Below are positions 21,940-35,004 of a stretch of DNA of 64,000 bases, in pieces. The notes under the pieces were generated by a model. It saw nothing but the letters and a program-made list of their open reading frames with translations, had not been told where the DNA came from and made no database searches. Positions within the stretch are counted from its first letter, which is position 1. Every line of letters starts with the position of its first letter. Source of the stretch: Macrostomum lignano (lineage: Eukaryota); assembly GCA_002269645.1 (NCBI GenBank), contig NIVC01001630.1, positions 124,001-188,000 of the forward strand. Direction: 5' to 3'. Both the position numbers and the translations under genes were made by a program.

Positions 21940-24900
21940 TCAATCTCCAAACTGTTTAGTGGTAAAAATGATTATGCATATTTTAAGTTCTATTCAAAAG
22001 TTTAGTGGTCTGGTTAATCAAAGTTACTAAATTCACTATCAATTTCTATAAGAAACATGAACCACTTAGTGTGGTAAAACCTGGATTTTGAATTCCTCAA
22101 AGTCCTCAGTTCTTACTCGCTGTCAACTGGTATTATCCGCTGAGCTGTTTTTTGTACACACGATAAGAGATTCGCTTCACTCTCTTCTCTTGGTACTCTC
22201 AGTAGGCAGCTATAATAAAGTATAAATTAGAGGATCGTTCGTGTTTGGGAAGTGCAAGCATACCAATTAATTCGAAATACGAAATCTCCCATTTCAGCGG
22301 TCATGTCACCTACTCACGAATGATTGACGTCACTCTGTCGCCGACACATCGAGTTTGCGACATCACAGACGCTGCAAGTCTGCAACCTGTAATTGAAGTT
22401 AATTTGGCGATATATAAGTCTTGCGTTCTAGACACACAATGCAGTAGTGCATTTTAAGTGAATTATTTTTAATATTTTTTATCGCATTCGTTGAGTATGG
22501 ATTTTCAGCACGAAATGAGCCACTTTCCTGTACTATACATACTACTGCCAGTAGCCATGGAAGTTTATTCTACCATTTTCTTCCCTGCCTTCCCCATTTT
22601 TTCCTTCCCTCTCCCCCATCTCTTTTTATCCTTTGTCTACCCCTAGTCTACGGTAGCAAAATAAAGAGCATACATACCAGTCATGAATATCCGTTGTTTG
22701 AGTTGTTACCAACTATTACCAACTATTATACAAATATACAAATATTACCAGCAATAGGAATGTAATCCAATATACTAAAATGGTTAGTAAGTGTCTGTGG
22801 TTACAGGAGGGATAGCATATTGCCTAAGCTGTTAGAGTATAATACAGTTAGTGTGTGATAGATACACGTAGCAACATAGCGAGCCAATTGATAAGATAAG
22901 ATATGCGGCATGATAAATCAACCTTTGCATAATTTACTATCCTTTGCAGATGACGACAAGGTGGCGCCGTCATCCGGTCATACCTTTAACTGGAACTTTC
23001 ATTAAAAAGGCAGGTGGTCAAAGTTACTAAAGTTACTAGCAGTTACTGTACTATTAGATACGTGAACTCCTAAGTGTATCCAAATCTCAAAAATTCCTCA
23101 CAATCAAAAAATCTTATAAAATAGAAATTGGAAATCGCATAGAAAAATCCGGGTCCGGATGAGGTTTATTAAGTAGTCCTATGCATGCACACCAGTATTT
23201 GCCGGCCTCCCACTAATGGTGAAGCAGCATGAGAAGCTAATTGGGAATTAAGACAAGAGCAATAAATTTGAAGTGCAAAATTTCCCATTTCAGAAAACAA
23301 GTCACCTACTGTGGTCACGAATGGCCGACGTCACTCTGTCACGATCGACACTGTGCGTGCTCGACATCACAGGCGATGCAAGCAGCATTGAAGTAGAGAG
23401 GATACAGACTTCTGGGTCACCGGGCGAGCCACCATCCACCTATTGGGCTCTCCGGCCAAGGAACCACCCCTGCGGACACCGGCACTTGCGGATTTCCCTG
23501 CGCGACACCGCAGCACCAGGTTAGCGAAAGTGGCGGCAACGCCTCCTCGCTGCATCCGGATGCCCGGATCCCCTGAAGCTGAGTCAAGTAAGTCAATGCC
23601 ATTGATGCATTCAATCCTACTTGCGACAACCAGATTGAGACCTCCAGCTATGACAGCCCCATCTATGAAGCTCTCAACGCAAGGTAGTCTTTGCTTTCAA
23701 GGCCGCTTGAAGATCCAACTCTTACAGTAATGGACCTCGGCGTGCGATCAGACGGGAGGCAGATGGCGTCTTGCACCCTTGTCAATGCGATACGGCAACG
23801 CAATCTGACTTACTCGAAATGTGAAAATCTAACTTTATTCAGCGAATAGCACAATAAGTCAAGCAGACAAAATTATCAGCTGAATTTAAACTTCAATTAA
23901 TTTTTATTATTTACTTAGACTTAACAGAATCGCGATTTGTATAAGAGCTCAGCTCAAATATCAGGAATTCCATTGGGTATTACTCCTATATGTTAACTCT
24001 GCTTTTATCCCTGACGCTTTTCACAGGAACAATGCCAACTGCATGAATCTGCGCCGTCCAGATTTCTTCAAGACGAAGATGACCGTGAGTTTCTAATGCA
24101 AGGCCTGCGCGAGGGATTTTGCCTGATCACCGAAACTCGTTCCGCCAATCCGATGTCGAGAATTATGTATGGCTCATGCAAGCTGCATGAACGAGAGCAA
24201 GGTCGAGAAGCAGATCTACTGCTACCGTCGCGCCGCAAAGAGACCCACGAAAGTGTCTGTCAGTGTAGAAACATTTGACGAAAAACTGTAAGAGTTGTAA
24301 GAATCGATCCACTTTTCAGATAAAAATAGTTACAATACAGCTGTGCTGGGTGAGAGATCTTAGTACGATGACATGCTCGAAACTTCTGTGCATTTAGTTA
24401 GAATAGTAAAGCCTCGCTATTTCATCTGGGAGACAATGTGTACAGTATTTTGGAACTACATTCAGGCTTTGCTGATTTTTACAAAGCAAATAAACTGCAG
24501 AATGAATTTTGGAACGTCTTTGACTTCTTCTTTTCGGCGGATATAGCTCGTAGATAGAGTTAGCTAATTATTAAACTTTAACTTACGCGTGTGACTCTCC
24601 AAACTCTTTAGTGATAATTGCTCACAATCCTCAGCTCTTACTCGCTGTCAACTAGTCTTATATGCACTGAGTTTAGGACCTCACCTGTGACCACACACAA
24701 GTTCTAATTTGACTATCGGTGTAGAACTTTTCGTACACACGATTAGAGATTCGCTTCACTCTTGCTACTCTTCAGTAGGCGATTTCCTAAGATAGAAATC
24801 GGAAGTCGCATTGAAAAACTCGGTCCTTAATGAAGTTTCCTATGTATAGTTCTATGCATGCACACCAGTATTAGCCGGCCTCTCAATCGCTAATGGTGAA

Positions 24901-25208
24901 CCAGGGGGAGAAACTAATTAGATATGAAAAGAAATAAATAGTGGCATCCTATTGTCGCCAACTCTATAGGTCACCGCTTCCATTTAAGAGCCTTAAGTTT
25001 ACATAAAATCCCCTTTTCTCATTTATCCCCACCAAAATAGCCCCTAGGGACTGTGGGATTTCGTCAATGAAGGCGTTTCTTTTTTCTTTAGAAGAGAATT
25101 TTTCGCGTTGGTTCTATTTTTACTTGTTGCTTATAAAATGCTTTGGAGTTCACTTCCTCTCCTGATATGAGCAGTTAAAACTAATTTCAGCACTGCCGCA
25201 TAACAGCA

Positions 25209-26194
25209 ATGCCAAATGATACCTCCTCGCCAGTGTACAACTGGTTGGAATTGTACTATGGGAACGTCCAACAACCAAGGTAAGATTTTCTATGACCTGA
25301 TGGCTATCCAGTCGCCCTAGAATTACATGTATATTTATGCAGTAAAACTGAAAGATGTTAAGATGTTAAGATACTTTGACCTCGATAACATTCTACTTAA
25401 TTATCTATAGTCAGAAATGAGAAAATTACCGATGCGCCTCGTCCCACAAAACATATTTGTGGTTTAGTTAGCATAGAATCAGAGTAAAGATTTTCAATAG
25501 TCTCGACAGACGTTGGGCGGCCCGAGGATTTTTAATTAACGCCCACGAAGCATGGTTTTATTATTGGTATTTTACCATAGGCATTCATGCTTAACTACTA
25601 AGTTTCTGATAATTTCATTATGTCGATCGCGATCAGCATAGATGTGTCACACACTGCACCAATCAAAAATAACGTTTTTTTCAATTAAACTACTAAGAAT
25701 TTTATATAAGATTGCTTAAAATTTGCCAATCAATTTTACTATCTTACATCTTAATACATGGATATGCCGATCCAATAAATATTTCTGCAGCTTCGAGGAA
25801 GTCCTGGCTTCTGATACTGAGCGTAAGCTGAAACGGCAGGATTGTCCTGGAGCCCATTACTGTGGCAAATTAAATGATATCACGCAACTTCTAAACGTTA
25901 TTGGTCTGCCGAACGAAAAAATTGGCTATGGTAGGCCACTACGGTTGCTAACAAACGATTTTCAACTGACCATTAAAAAGATTGCTGATGGGTATGAAAT
26001 CCACCTTGCTAAGGCCGTATATGGCCGAACGTTTTCAGAATGGTAAGTTTTACTGGAGCTACATTACTAGTCTAATAAATATTTATTATTTGAATTGCAC
26101 AGATATTGCCAATAGTATTTAAGATGTACTAAATATAAAAAAAATAATATTCCATTTCAGATCGGTCACGCTTCCTTGCGGTTGCGCTATGTAG
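25209..26194 (+). CDS. Orphan tandem-family gene copy 4; exons 25209-25279, 25791-26042, 26161-26194
   Basis: Same exon structure as copy 2: MPNDTSSPVYNWLELYYGNVQQPSFEEVLASD...YGRTFSE. The junction TG|A forms TGA after 107 aa; the in-frame tail is SVTLPCGCAM*. Confidence 0.7.
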
Positions 26195-28385
26195 ATTGAC
26201 TCGTACCCGGACAGTTCCTGTTGAGATCTGAGAGCTAATGACGATGCACATTGCGTGTGTCTGACCCAGTTTCGATCGGATCTCCGGGAGCTCTACCGGA
26301 ATGTCTTCCATGGAATTTATTTATCCATCTTTTTGCACATTCCATGGAAATGCATTGCATTCGTGTTGTTGCTGTATTCTACAGAAATAAACACAAATAA
26401 TTTTTTGAAAGAATTATTTTTCGTTGACTCTTCATTTTGGCGGGTATAGAAAATTGTTTGATTTATAACTTTAATCTCTTTCCAATCTCTGAAGTGGTAA
26501 CTATGAAAATAGGACTATCAATAGGACTTACATACTTACTTTTGATTTAAAAGTTTAGCGGTCTTTAGTCGAAGCTACTAAAGTTAGTGTCAGCTGGTCT
26601 TATCCACTGAGCTGAGGACCTCACTAACTACCTATGCAGAAATTGTGGAGATTCCCTTCACACTCTTCTCTCGCTACTCTCAGTAGGCAAGCTAAAATAA
26701 TTAGAAACTAAGGAAATTAATTTTTGGGAAGTACGAGCTTACTATAAATATTGTTTTAAAGTGCGTAATCTCCCATTTTCAGCGTTCGTCACCCATGCAG
26801 TCACGAGTCACGAATGACCGACGTCACTCCGTCACCGAAACAGTGCGTTTTCGACAACACAGGCGCTGTAACCAACTTGATGACTGTTTTGGAGACATAA
26901 AGCTTCCGTTTTAAACACACAATGCAACAGTGCATTTTAAGTGCATTAATTCTTTTATGATTTCTTATCGCAATTCAATGAGGACTGAATTTCGAGCCCC
27001 TTTCCCTCTACTGTACATACTACTGCCAGTAGCGATGGCATTTTCTTCCACCATTTTCTTCCCATTTCTTCCCCATTTTTCCGTTGTCTACGGTAGCAAA
27101 ACAAATAGCATATACATACTATTCATGAATATCTGTTGTTTGAGTTGCACAAATATTGCCAACAATAATAATGTAAATAAGATTGTCTAAATATTGAACG
27201 GTAATTATTTCATTGTACTGACAGCATATTGCCCAATCTACATATGCTTTGCTGTTAGAGTAGAATTCCCCATTTTGCCGATTTCATACTGCATCAAATG
27301 TCTTACACTTGCTTTTGCTGGACCTCTTTTTCTTCAGCTGTGCTTAGTTTATTTATTTATTCTTTATTATCTTTTATCTTTAAGCTTCCGGATGGTCAGC
27401 AGAGCTGACTATGTACCAACAGCCTTTACTGCTGGTAATCTTTTAGAGTCTATGGTAAAAGAAAAGTTATGTGCTGCACAGTAGCCGTTCCTGCCGAGCA
27501 TGGTCAGCAGCGCTGATCATACGAAAAATGGGTGAAAAAAGTCCTACATATCTGCAATGGAATGCAGCGACTCGGTTTCAGTATTCTCTGTGATGACATC
27601 ATCAGTCTCAGAATTTCCATGCAAAATTTCTATGGTTGTAGCTGATTTACTTTTCAATAAACTGATATAACTGATATACTCTTATTAAGGAGGTGCAGTG
27701 CTTTCTCTTTCAAAAATGCCTGTTTGCAGAATTTAAAGTGAACTGTAGTGTCTATTGCTAGATATCGAGTGTACGCACTGCATAATCTATTCAGAGAGCA
27801 TTAAGTGAAATGTACATTTTGAGACTGCTTTTTTCGACCCTAGATTTGTCCAAGCCAAGTATAAATGCTCCATTCTCGGCTAGAAAGGCTTTGCACAGCG
27901 GCGCATTAAGATTCTAGCTATAGTCTATGGTCAGCTCAGCTGGAACGGAGCTTTTGCATTTCTAGCTCCGGCGCGAAAAGGATCCTTCAGTATGCTTAAC
28001 TCATGTCATTCACTCACTCATTTTTTTTCTCCCATTGCCTTTATTCGTCCCTATTTAAAAATACCGTTTTTAATTAACTACTGTGGAATTGAGTAAATCA
28101 AAATATTCAGTATGTGACAAGGGCCCTCCTTCGCCCTTGCCGCCTCTTTGCCTTCCTTTCTTGGCGTCGTTTGCTAAAGATCGAAAATTTTAATGCCAGA
28201 AGTCACGAGAGTCGGCTTTGGGCCGCTTTTAAGCATATGCAAAACACTTAGCAAACTAGATGCATTAAATTTATTGCGTATTGTATAATTTTGCCTCAAT
28301 TAATAGATATTTATTTTCGTTTCCAACTATTCTACATTCCCAGCTTTTATCAAAAAATAATAAAAGCTGGCTGATTGGCTGAATT

Positions 28386-29929
28386 ATGTATCCAGACGAG
28401 TTCGAGTATCCAGACGAGTTCGAGTATCCAGAAGAGTTCGAGTATCCAGAAGAGTTCGAGTATCCAGAAGAGTTCGAGTATCCAGAAGAGTTCGAGTAAG
28501 TGTTCACATAAGCTGTCATTTCAAGTCACTAATTATATCCCCATTAACTAGCTGATAACTAGCTATCAGCATAGATGTGTCACACTGCACCAATCAAAAA
28601 TGAAGTTTTTTTTTTCAATTAAACTACTACGAAGTTTATATAAGATTGTCACGTTATTTGATGTTGGCCGTGACCCTTAAAAGGGCCGTTTTAGTCCCAA
28701 AATAAGTTGAAGTCAACTTAGGCGAAGTGGATGGTGTAGCGGAGCACTTGGCGATAAAGGCAGGAACTGCCGTAGTTGTCTTTATTGTTAATATCAGTAT
28801 TAAGTTTGGTTGTTACTGGCAATAAACAGACTATAGCTTTCTGGGCACTGGCGGCTGCAACAATGGGTTCTTTTAAGATAAATTGGATGTGAGTTCAAGC
28901 GACAGACGAGTGAGGTAATGGCGACGTAACGTGATGATCAATGGCAATGAGTACAGAAGAGGCAGTGAGACGTAGTAGGCAGATGAGCAGTGGCGAAGTT
29001 GGCGTCAGTCGTGGCGTGACGCAAGGAGGCTCGAGGCAGCCAGACAGAGAGAAGGAAAACAAGGCCGTAAAAACACACACAAGGCCAAGGACAGGCCGGG
29101 AGGAAGAGAGAAGCACAGATAAGGAGTGCCCGCCGCCAGGCGGGGGTTTAATAAAGGAGCGCAGAGGGGGGGTAGCGCGAAGCACGAGTGATTTCATTGG
29201 CTGGCGAGAGAACTTAAAATTATCAATCGTGCCAATTTTATACGGTCGCGAGAGAGGATAGCAAAATATACAGTGAATTAGAAATTGCCACAAAATCGTT
29301 GGCCATTACTACAAGTAAACGTCGCAATAAACGAATGGAAAAGTTTAGTTGAAACGGTGAAACTGAAGGGTTGAATGACTATGGAGAACAGCAGTCCAAC
29401 GGCCCTTTTCGGGACCACCTTAAACTGACAACGTCACAAGATTGCTTAAAATTTGCCAATCAATTTTACTATCTTACATCTTAATACATGGATATGCCGA
29501 TCCAATTAAATATTTCTGCAGCTTCGAGGAAGTCCTGGCTTATGATACTGAGCGTGAGCTGAAACAGCTGGATGATATTGGAGACCATTACTGTGGCAAA
29601 TTAAATGATATCACGCAACTTCTAAACACTATTGGTCTGCCGAACGAAAAAAATGGCATTGATAAACTTGTGCCACTACGGTTGCTAACAAAGAATTTTC
29701 AACTGAACAATAAAAATATTGATGATGGGTATGAAATCCACCTGGCTAGGGCCGTATATGGCCTAACGTTTTCAGACTGGTAAGTTTTACTGGATCTAAA
29801 TTACTAGTCTAATGAATATTTATTATTTGAATTGCACAGATATTGCCAATAGTATTTAAGATGTACTAAATATAAAAAATAATATTCCATTTCAGATCGG
29901 TCACGCTTCCTTGCGGTTGTGCCATGTAG
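28386..29929 (+). CDS. Orphan tandem-family gene copy 5 with a (YPE/DEFE)x6 first exon; exons 28386-28495, 29522-29779, 29896-29929
   Basis: ATG plus six 18-bp units ending GA|GTAAGT (phase 2), spliced to C TTC GAG GAA. Exons 2-3 are close to copy 4, including the TG|A junction. Confidence 0.7.
28647..29438. mobile_element. Solo LTR (792 bp) in intron 1 of gene copy 5
   Basis: TG...CA ends (TGTCACG...CGTCACA) and a 4-bp TSD AGAT (28643-46, 29439-42). The empty site ATAAGATTGC is seen in the paralog at ~25706-25715. Confidence 0.85.
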
Positions 29930-32173
29930 ATTGACTCGGACCCGGACAGTTCCTGTTGAGATCTGAGAGCTTATGACGATACACATTGTGTGTGTCCGAC
30001 CCAGATTCGATCGGATCTCCAGGAACTGTACCGGGGTCAAATAAACGTCAAGTCAATGAATTTTTGGAACGTTTATTTTTCTTTGACTTCTTTTTGGCGT
30101 GCATAGAAAGTGTTATTAAGTTAACTTTAACTCTCTTTCCAATATCTGTAGTGGCAACTAGGACTAAAATATTTTAAGTTTGATTGAAAATTTTAGTGGT
30201 ATTTAGTCAAAGTTACTAAAGTTACTTAAGTTTCTATTAGAAACATGAACCACTTAGTGTGTCCAAACCTGCAGTTGGAATTCCTCAAAGTCCTCAGTTC
30301 TTACTCACTGTCAACTGGTCTTATTTGCTAAGCTTTGGACTTCACCTGCAACCACCAACTACTGGTGCAGAGTTTTTTGTACACACGATAAGAGATTTGC
30401 TTCACACTCTTCTCTCGCTACCCTCAGTGGGCAAGCTGAGACTAGACTAAAGTAGAAACTAGAGCAAAAATATTTTTGAAGTGCGAAATCTACTATTTCA
30501 GAGGCTAAGTCACCAATAGTCACGAATGACTGACGTCACTTCGTCGCTCAGAACGGACACTGAGGATTCGTGAATCTTCTACTACATGACTATTTTGGAG
30601 ATATAAGGCCTCCGTTCTAGACACACAATGCAACAGTGCATTTTAATGCATTCATTTAAATGCTTCTTTATTGCATTTCACGAGTACTGACTTTCAGCAC
30701 GAGATGAGCCCCTTCCCCTGTACTATACATACTACTGCCAGTAGCAATTGCATTTTCTTCCACCTCTGTCTTTCCCATTTTTTCTTCCCTCTCTTCTCAT
30801 ATTTTATCTACCCTAGTCTACGGTAGCAAAATAAAGAGTATACACACTAGTCATGAATATCCATTGTTTGCGTGGCATAAACATTACCAACAATAGGAAT
30901 GTAAATAAGATTGTCTAAATATTCAACGACAATATTCTATTTTGCCGTTACAGTATAATACAGATAGAGTGTGATAGATATCGAGATAGCGAGATAATTG
31001 ATATTAGATAAGATCTGTGACATGAAAATGTAAATCATCCTTCGCATCATTTACTTATCCTTCTCGGAAATCGCATTGAAGAACTGATCTGAGGCTTGAA
31101 TGAAGTTTTCTAAGTAGTGCTATGCATGCACACTAGTATTTGCTGGCCTCTCATAATGCTGAAGCAGGATGAGACACTATATTTAGGAATTAAGAGCGAT
31201 TAATTTGAAGTGCGAAATTTCCCATTTCAGAAATCAAGTCACCTATAGTCACGAATGGCCGACGTCGCTCCATCACAGGACGCACTGGGCTTGACATCAC
31301 AGGCTTTGCAACTTCTGTATTGAAGTAGAGAATTCAGACTTCCTGGTCATCTGGTCTGACGTGTGACTACAAAATCATCTTCAATGAGGAATGCAGTTCC
31401 TGTTCATTCCCCACTAAGACTCGCGAATATCCCCTTTGACATTTTATTGGTACAGACCACTAGACAAACTGTGAGTCCAATCCAATCTTACAAGCGTATT
31501 TACTTATTCAATCAATCGGATCCCAAGCGTCAAAATAAAGAAAAGGAAACCCAACTTAGCACCAGTAACATCACCAAAGCATTAAACTTTCCAACTGGAC
31601 TCACCTGCCTACCGGGCCAACTTGAAACTAAGATGAGATTCACGCTAACAGAGTGCCATGAGGCCGAAATCCCAAATCGTCGAACGCCTACTTATTGTCC
31701 ACAAACAAAAATATATAACTAGAAATGGATTGGATGGATGCTAATTTTTACTGAATAGAAATTAAGATTTCATTTAAACATCTCGTCATCATGAATTGAT
31801 ATTTTTGAGCAGTGAAAGTACATCGCTGTTTATGAACATGCTACAGAATTTTTTTTCTATTTTTTGTAGCAGACTTTTGTCTGAAAGAATTGATCAATTG
31901 GCTCTCTATGTTCACTCGGTACTCTTTGATTGTTTTGATAGTTTTTGTAATATTTGCGTTAGCTTTCTGGTCACAATTTAGCAACGACATTCAAGCTTTC
32001 AAATGCATTCATTGATCAGATTTGTCTTTTGTCCCTTTTGTTTTGTTTCGGTATGTTCCACCTTTCCTTTGCGCCCACAAATTGGATTTTTTTTCTATTT
32101 TAACAATCTGCAACACCCTCCTCTTTTACATTTGGATGTAAGGTTAACAGCAACCTTGGTTGACCGGGTTGCT

Positions 32174-32402
32174 TTCATAAGCTCGAAATTTCACAACCTC
32201 GAAATTTCACAACCTCGAAAACCATTCTAGCAGCCACTTTCACAAACCCGAAATTGCACAACCTCGAAAATGTACTGTCTATCTTAGTGTCTTAGTGTCT
32301 TAGTTTCTGTCTGCCTGTCTGTCTGTCTGTCTGTCTGTCTATCTGTTTGTCTGTCTGAGCTTAACCCACAGTTTCGAGGATATAAAATTTCGAGCTTGTG
32401 AA
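32174..32402. mobile_element. Small MITE-like inverted-repeat element with internal (CTGT)n
   Basis: TTCATAAGCTCGAAATTT versus rc TTCACAAGCTCGAAATTT. No TSD resolved. Confidence 0.45.
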
Positions 32403-33322
32403 GTCGGCTGAAGTCCCAATGTTCAGGATAGTCGGCAGCAATGTCACAGTATCAGGAGCTTCTACGGATGTACTTTTGCGTACTTTCTCGCAAATGTACT
32501 TTTGCGGATGAACTCTGCCGTGCATTTGGCGTGCAACCTCAAACACCCTGGGTCGCTAGTTTAGCATATGAGGGCTTGGCCACTCTGTCACACTACAAGC
32601 TATCCTTCTCAACTGAGGCGAATGGTTCTATTAAATTGAGGCCGGGCGACTGTACATATCGGTGCCAGGACCCGAAACCGGCGCCAGCATAGCGCGCGCG
32701 ACGAATTACAGTATTATAGAGCAGACAATTTTTTGTTCCTCATATTGCCTTTTGTAACAAAATAGAACTTTTAAATATGCTTCCATCATTTTAATGACCG
32801 GTTCTTTGTCCTCTCAATCTCAATCCTCTTAAGAAGTGTCTTGTATCATAATCGCAATTTTATTGCTTGAGAATGAAATTAGCTCTTCTATTTTTCATAT
32901 AATTTCATTCAGCTCCAGTTACGAGCGTACCTAGGATAGATACCAGTATATCAAATTGTCTGGGTACAGGGAGCCAAAATCATCTTTTTATTTTAGACCC
33001 CATTTCCCAGCCGCTGTCTCTCGATCGCCCCAACATCCATGCCGCCTCTCGGTCTCTAAACCTCTGACTTTCTGTGCAGTCTCGCGCCCCTGTCTCAATG
33101 TAATCTCTTCCTCTGTGCTCTAGCAACAAAAACTGAGAACAGTTCTTCAATTTAATGTGCTTTGCGTTGCTCTTACGGTGAATCAAAAATGTAGTTCTTT
33201 TGTCAATAAGCATATTTATATGATCAGGATTCTGGAAATTTCTGACTTATTCACTCAACAGCTAAAGTGAAGAGTTGCGTAGCTACTCTGGGGTAACGAA
33301 AGCTTCGGGGAGGGGCCGGTCC

Positions 33323-33978
33323 GGTCTACTCCCGATTGGCCGCATTCTCGATTGCCCGAATCTCGATTGTCCAAATCCCGACTGGCCGAATCATGACTGG
33401 CCGAATCATGACTGACCGAATCATGACTGGCCGAATCCCGACTGGCCGAATCATGACTGGCCGAATCCCGACTGGCCGAATCCCGACTGGACGAATCCCG
33501 ACTGGCCGAATCCCGATTGACCGAATCCCGACTGGCCGAATCTCGATTGTCCAAATCCCGACTGGCCGAATCATGACTGGCCGAATCCCGACTGGCCGAA
33601 TCATGACTGGCCGAATCCCGACTGGCCGAATCCCGACTGACCGAATCATGACTGGCCGAATCCCGACTGACCGAATCATGACTGGCCGAATCCTGACTGG
33701 CCGAATTCCGATTCGTCGATTTCATACTGAATCAAATCCCTTAGACTTGCTAGTGCTGGGCCGCTCTTTCTTCAGCTTTGCTAAGTTCCTTTTTACTAAT
33801 TTACTAATTATTATTCTTTATATCCTTCACTATGCTTCACTCATGTCGCCTAGTTGGGGAGGGGGGCAGTTGAGCTATGCATTGTTATTTGCGTTATGCA
33901 TGTATTCGCATCGATAGCAAGCAACAACCAAGTATCAGGCATTCGATGCAGTATGAATTCGGCGAATCGGGAGTAGAC
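33323..33978. mobile_element. Non-autonomous TIR element with an internal 15-bp minisatellite (TCCCGACTGGCCGAA)n
   Basis: TIR GTCTACTCCCGATT...AATCGGGAGTAGAC. Degenerate 9-bp flanks GGCCGGTCC / GGCTGGCCC. Array at ~33335-33715. Confidence 0.6.
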
Positions 33979-34481
33979 GGCTGGCCCTCTTCGCTGTGCT
34001 TTCTCTCTACTCTTTCTCGCGGAGGGTGGGCGCTTGAGCCGCCCCACCATCCCTTTAGGGGGATTTTTGTGCCGCGCTGGGCTGCTCAGGCCCGGCTGCC
34101 CTGTCTCGCCCTTGCACGCTCATTTTTTCTCCCTTTGCCTCTATTCGTCCTTGTATTTAATCACCGTTTTCAATTACTGTCTTTTTGAGTGCATTAAAAT
34201 AAATTCGGTTTGTCACAGGAGCCCTTCTTTGCCCTTGCCGCGCCTTCGCCTTCCTTTCTTGGCGTCGTTCGCTAATGAAAAAGTTTAGTCCCAAAACCAC
34301 GAGAGTCAGCTCCAAGCCCGCTTTGAAGCACATGCAAAAACACTCGACAAACTAGATGCATTAAATGTATTGCGTATTGTAATTTTGCCTCAATGAATAG
34401 ATATTTAGATATTTAGACATATAGATAATTTATTTAGATTTCCAACTATTCTACTTTTCCAGCTAGATATCTGGCTGAACA

Positions 34482-35004
34482 ATGCACCAGGAAGAGAACA
34501 ATTATCAAGAGGAGTACAAGTACGTGTTCACGTAAGCTGTCCTTTTCAAGACACTTATTGTAACTTAGCACTTATTTATTATATCGACATTCATTGGCTA
34601 ACATCTTGCATATAAACTGTGGCACTTATTTCTTGCACAGCTGTTTAAAACTTTCCTTAGTGCTGTATAATGTCGCCAGATTAATTAAAGAACTATTAAT
34701 GTATTTTAACTGCCTAATTATTTAGGTAATGATGAAATTAAATTTCAGGCTTAAAGAAAATCTGGAACAACTGTTATGGCGTTCATCATCAATTGAAGAA
34801 CAACATAGTGACGTAGGCGCCCGTTATTTGATCAAAAATGCCGATATCAACATGGTCCTCTGCGTACTTAACTCTATGGACGACAAGGCTGCACGCAGTC
34901 GGCTTGAATCCGGCTTGTCGTTGTCCACTGAGGGCGATAAATTTAAACTTATGACCAAAAAACCGAAAGTAAGAATAGTGAACATAAGAATATTTATGAG
35001 ATAA
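34482..35004 (+). CDS. Orphan tandem-family gene copy 6 (divergent; exons 34482-34519, 34749-35004)
   Basis: MHQEENNYQEEY exon, phase-2 donor GTACGT, acceptor AATTTCAG|G. Exon 2 GARYLIKNADINMVL.. is distantly similar to GAHYCGKFDDIKPTL. The upstream region is homologous to that of copy 5. Confidence 0.5.

Noticed and set aside
26195-26300. SECIS element supporting Sec at the junction TGA (ATGA..TGA segment)
   Set aside because: Lacks the apical AA(R) motif and a convincing stem by eye, and is equally present in copy 2, which has no TGA. SECISearch would be decisive.
27790-27870. hAT transposase motif (TAFFDPRF)
   Set aside because: A single short motif next to a stop, with no other recognisable hAT blocks.
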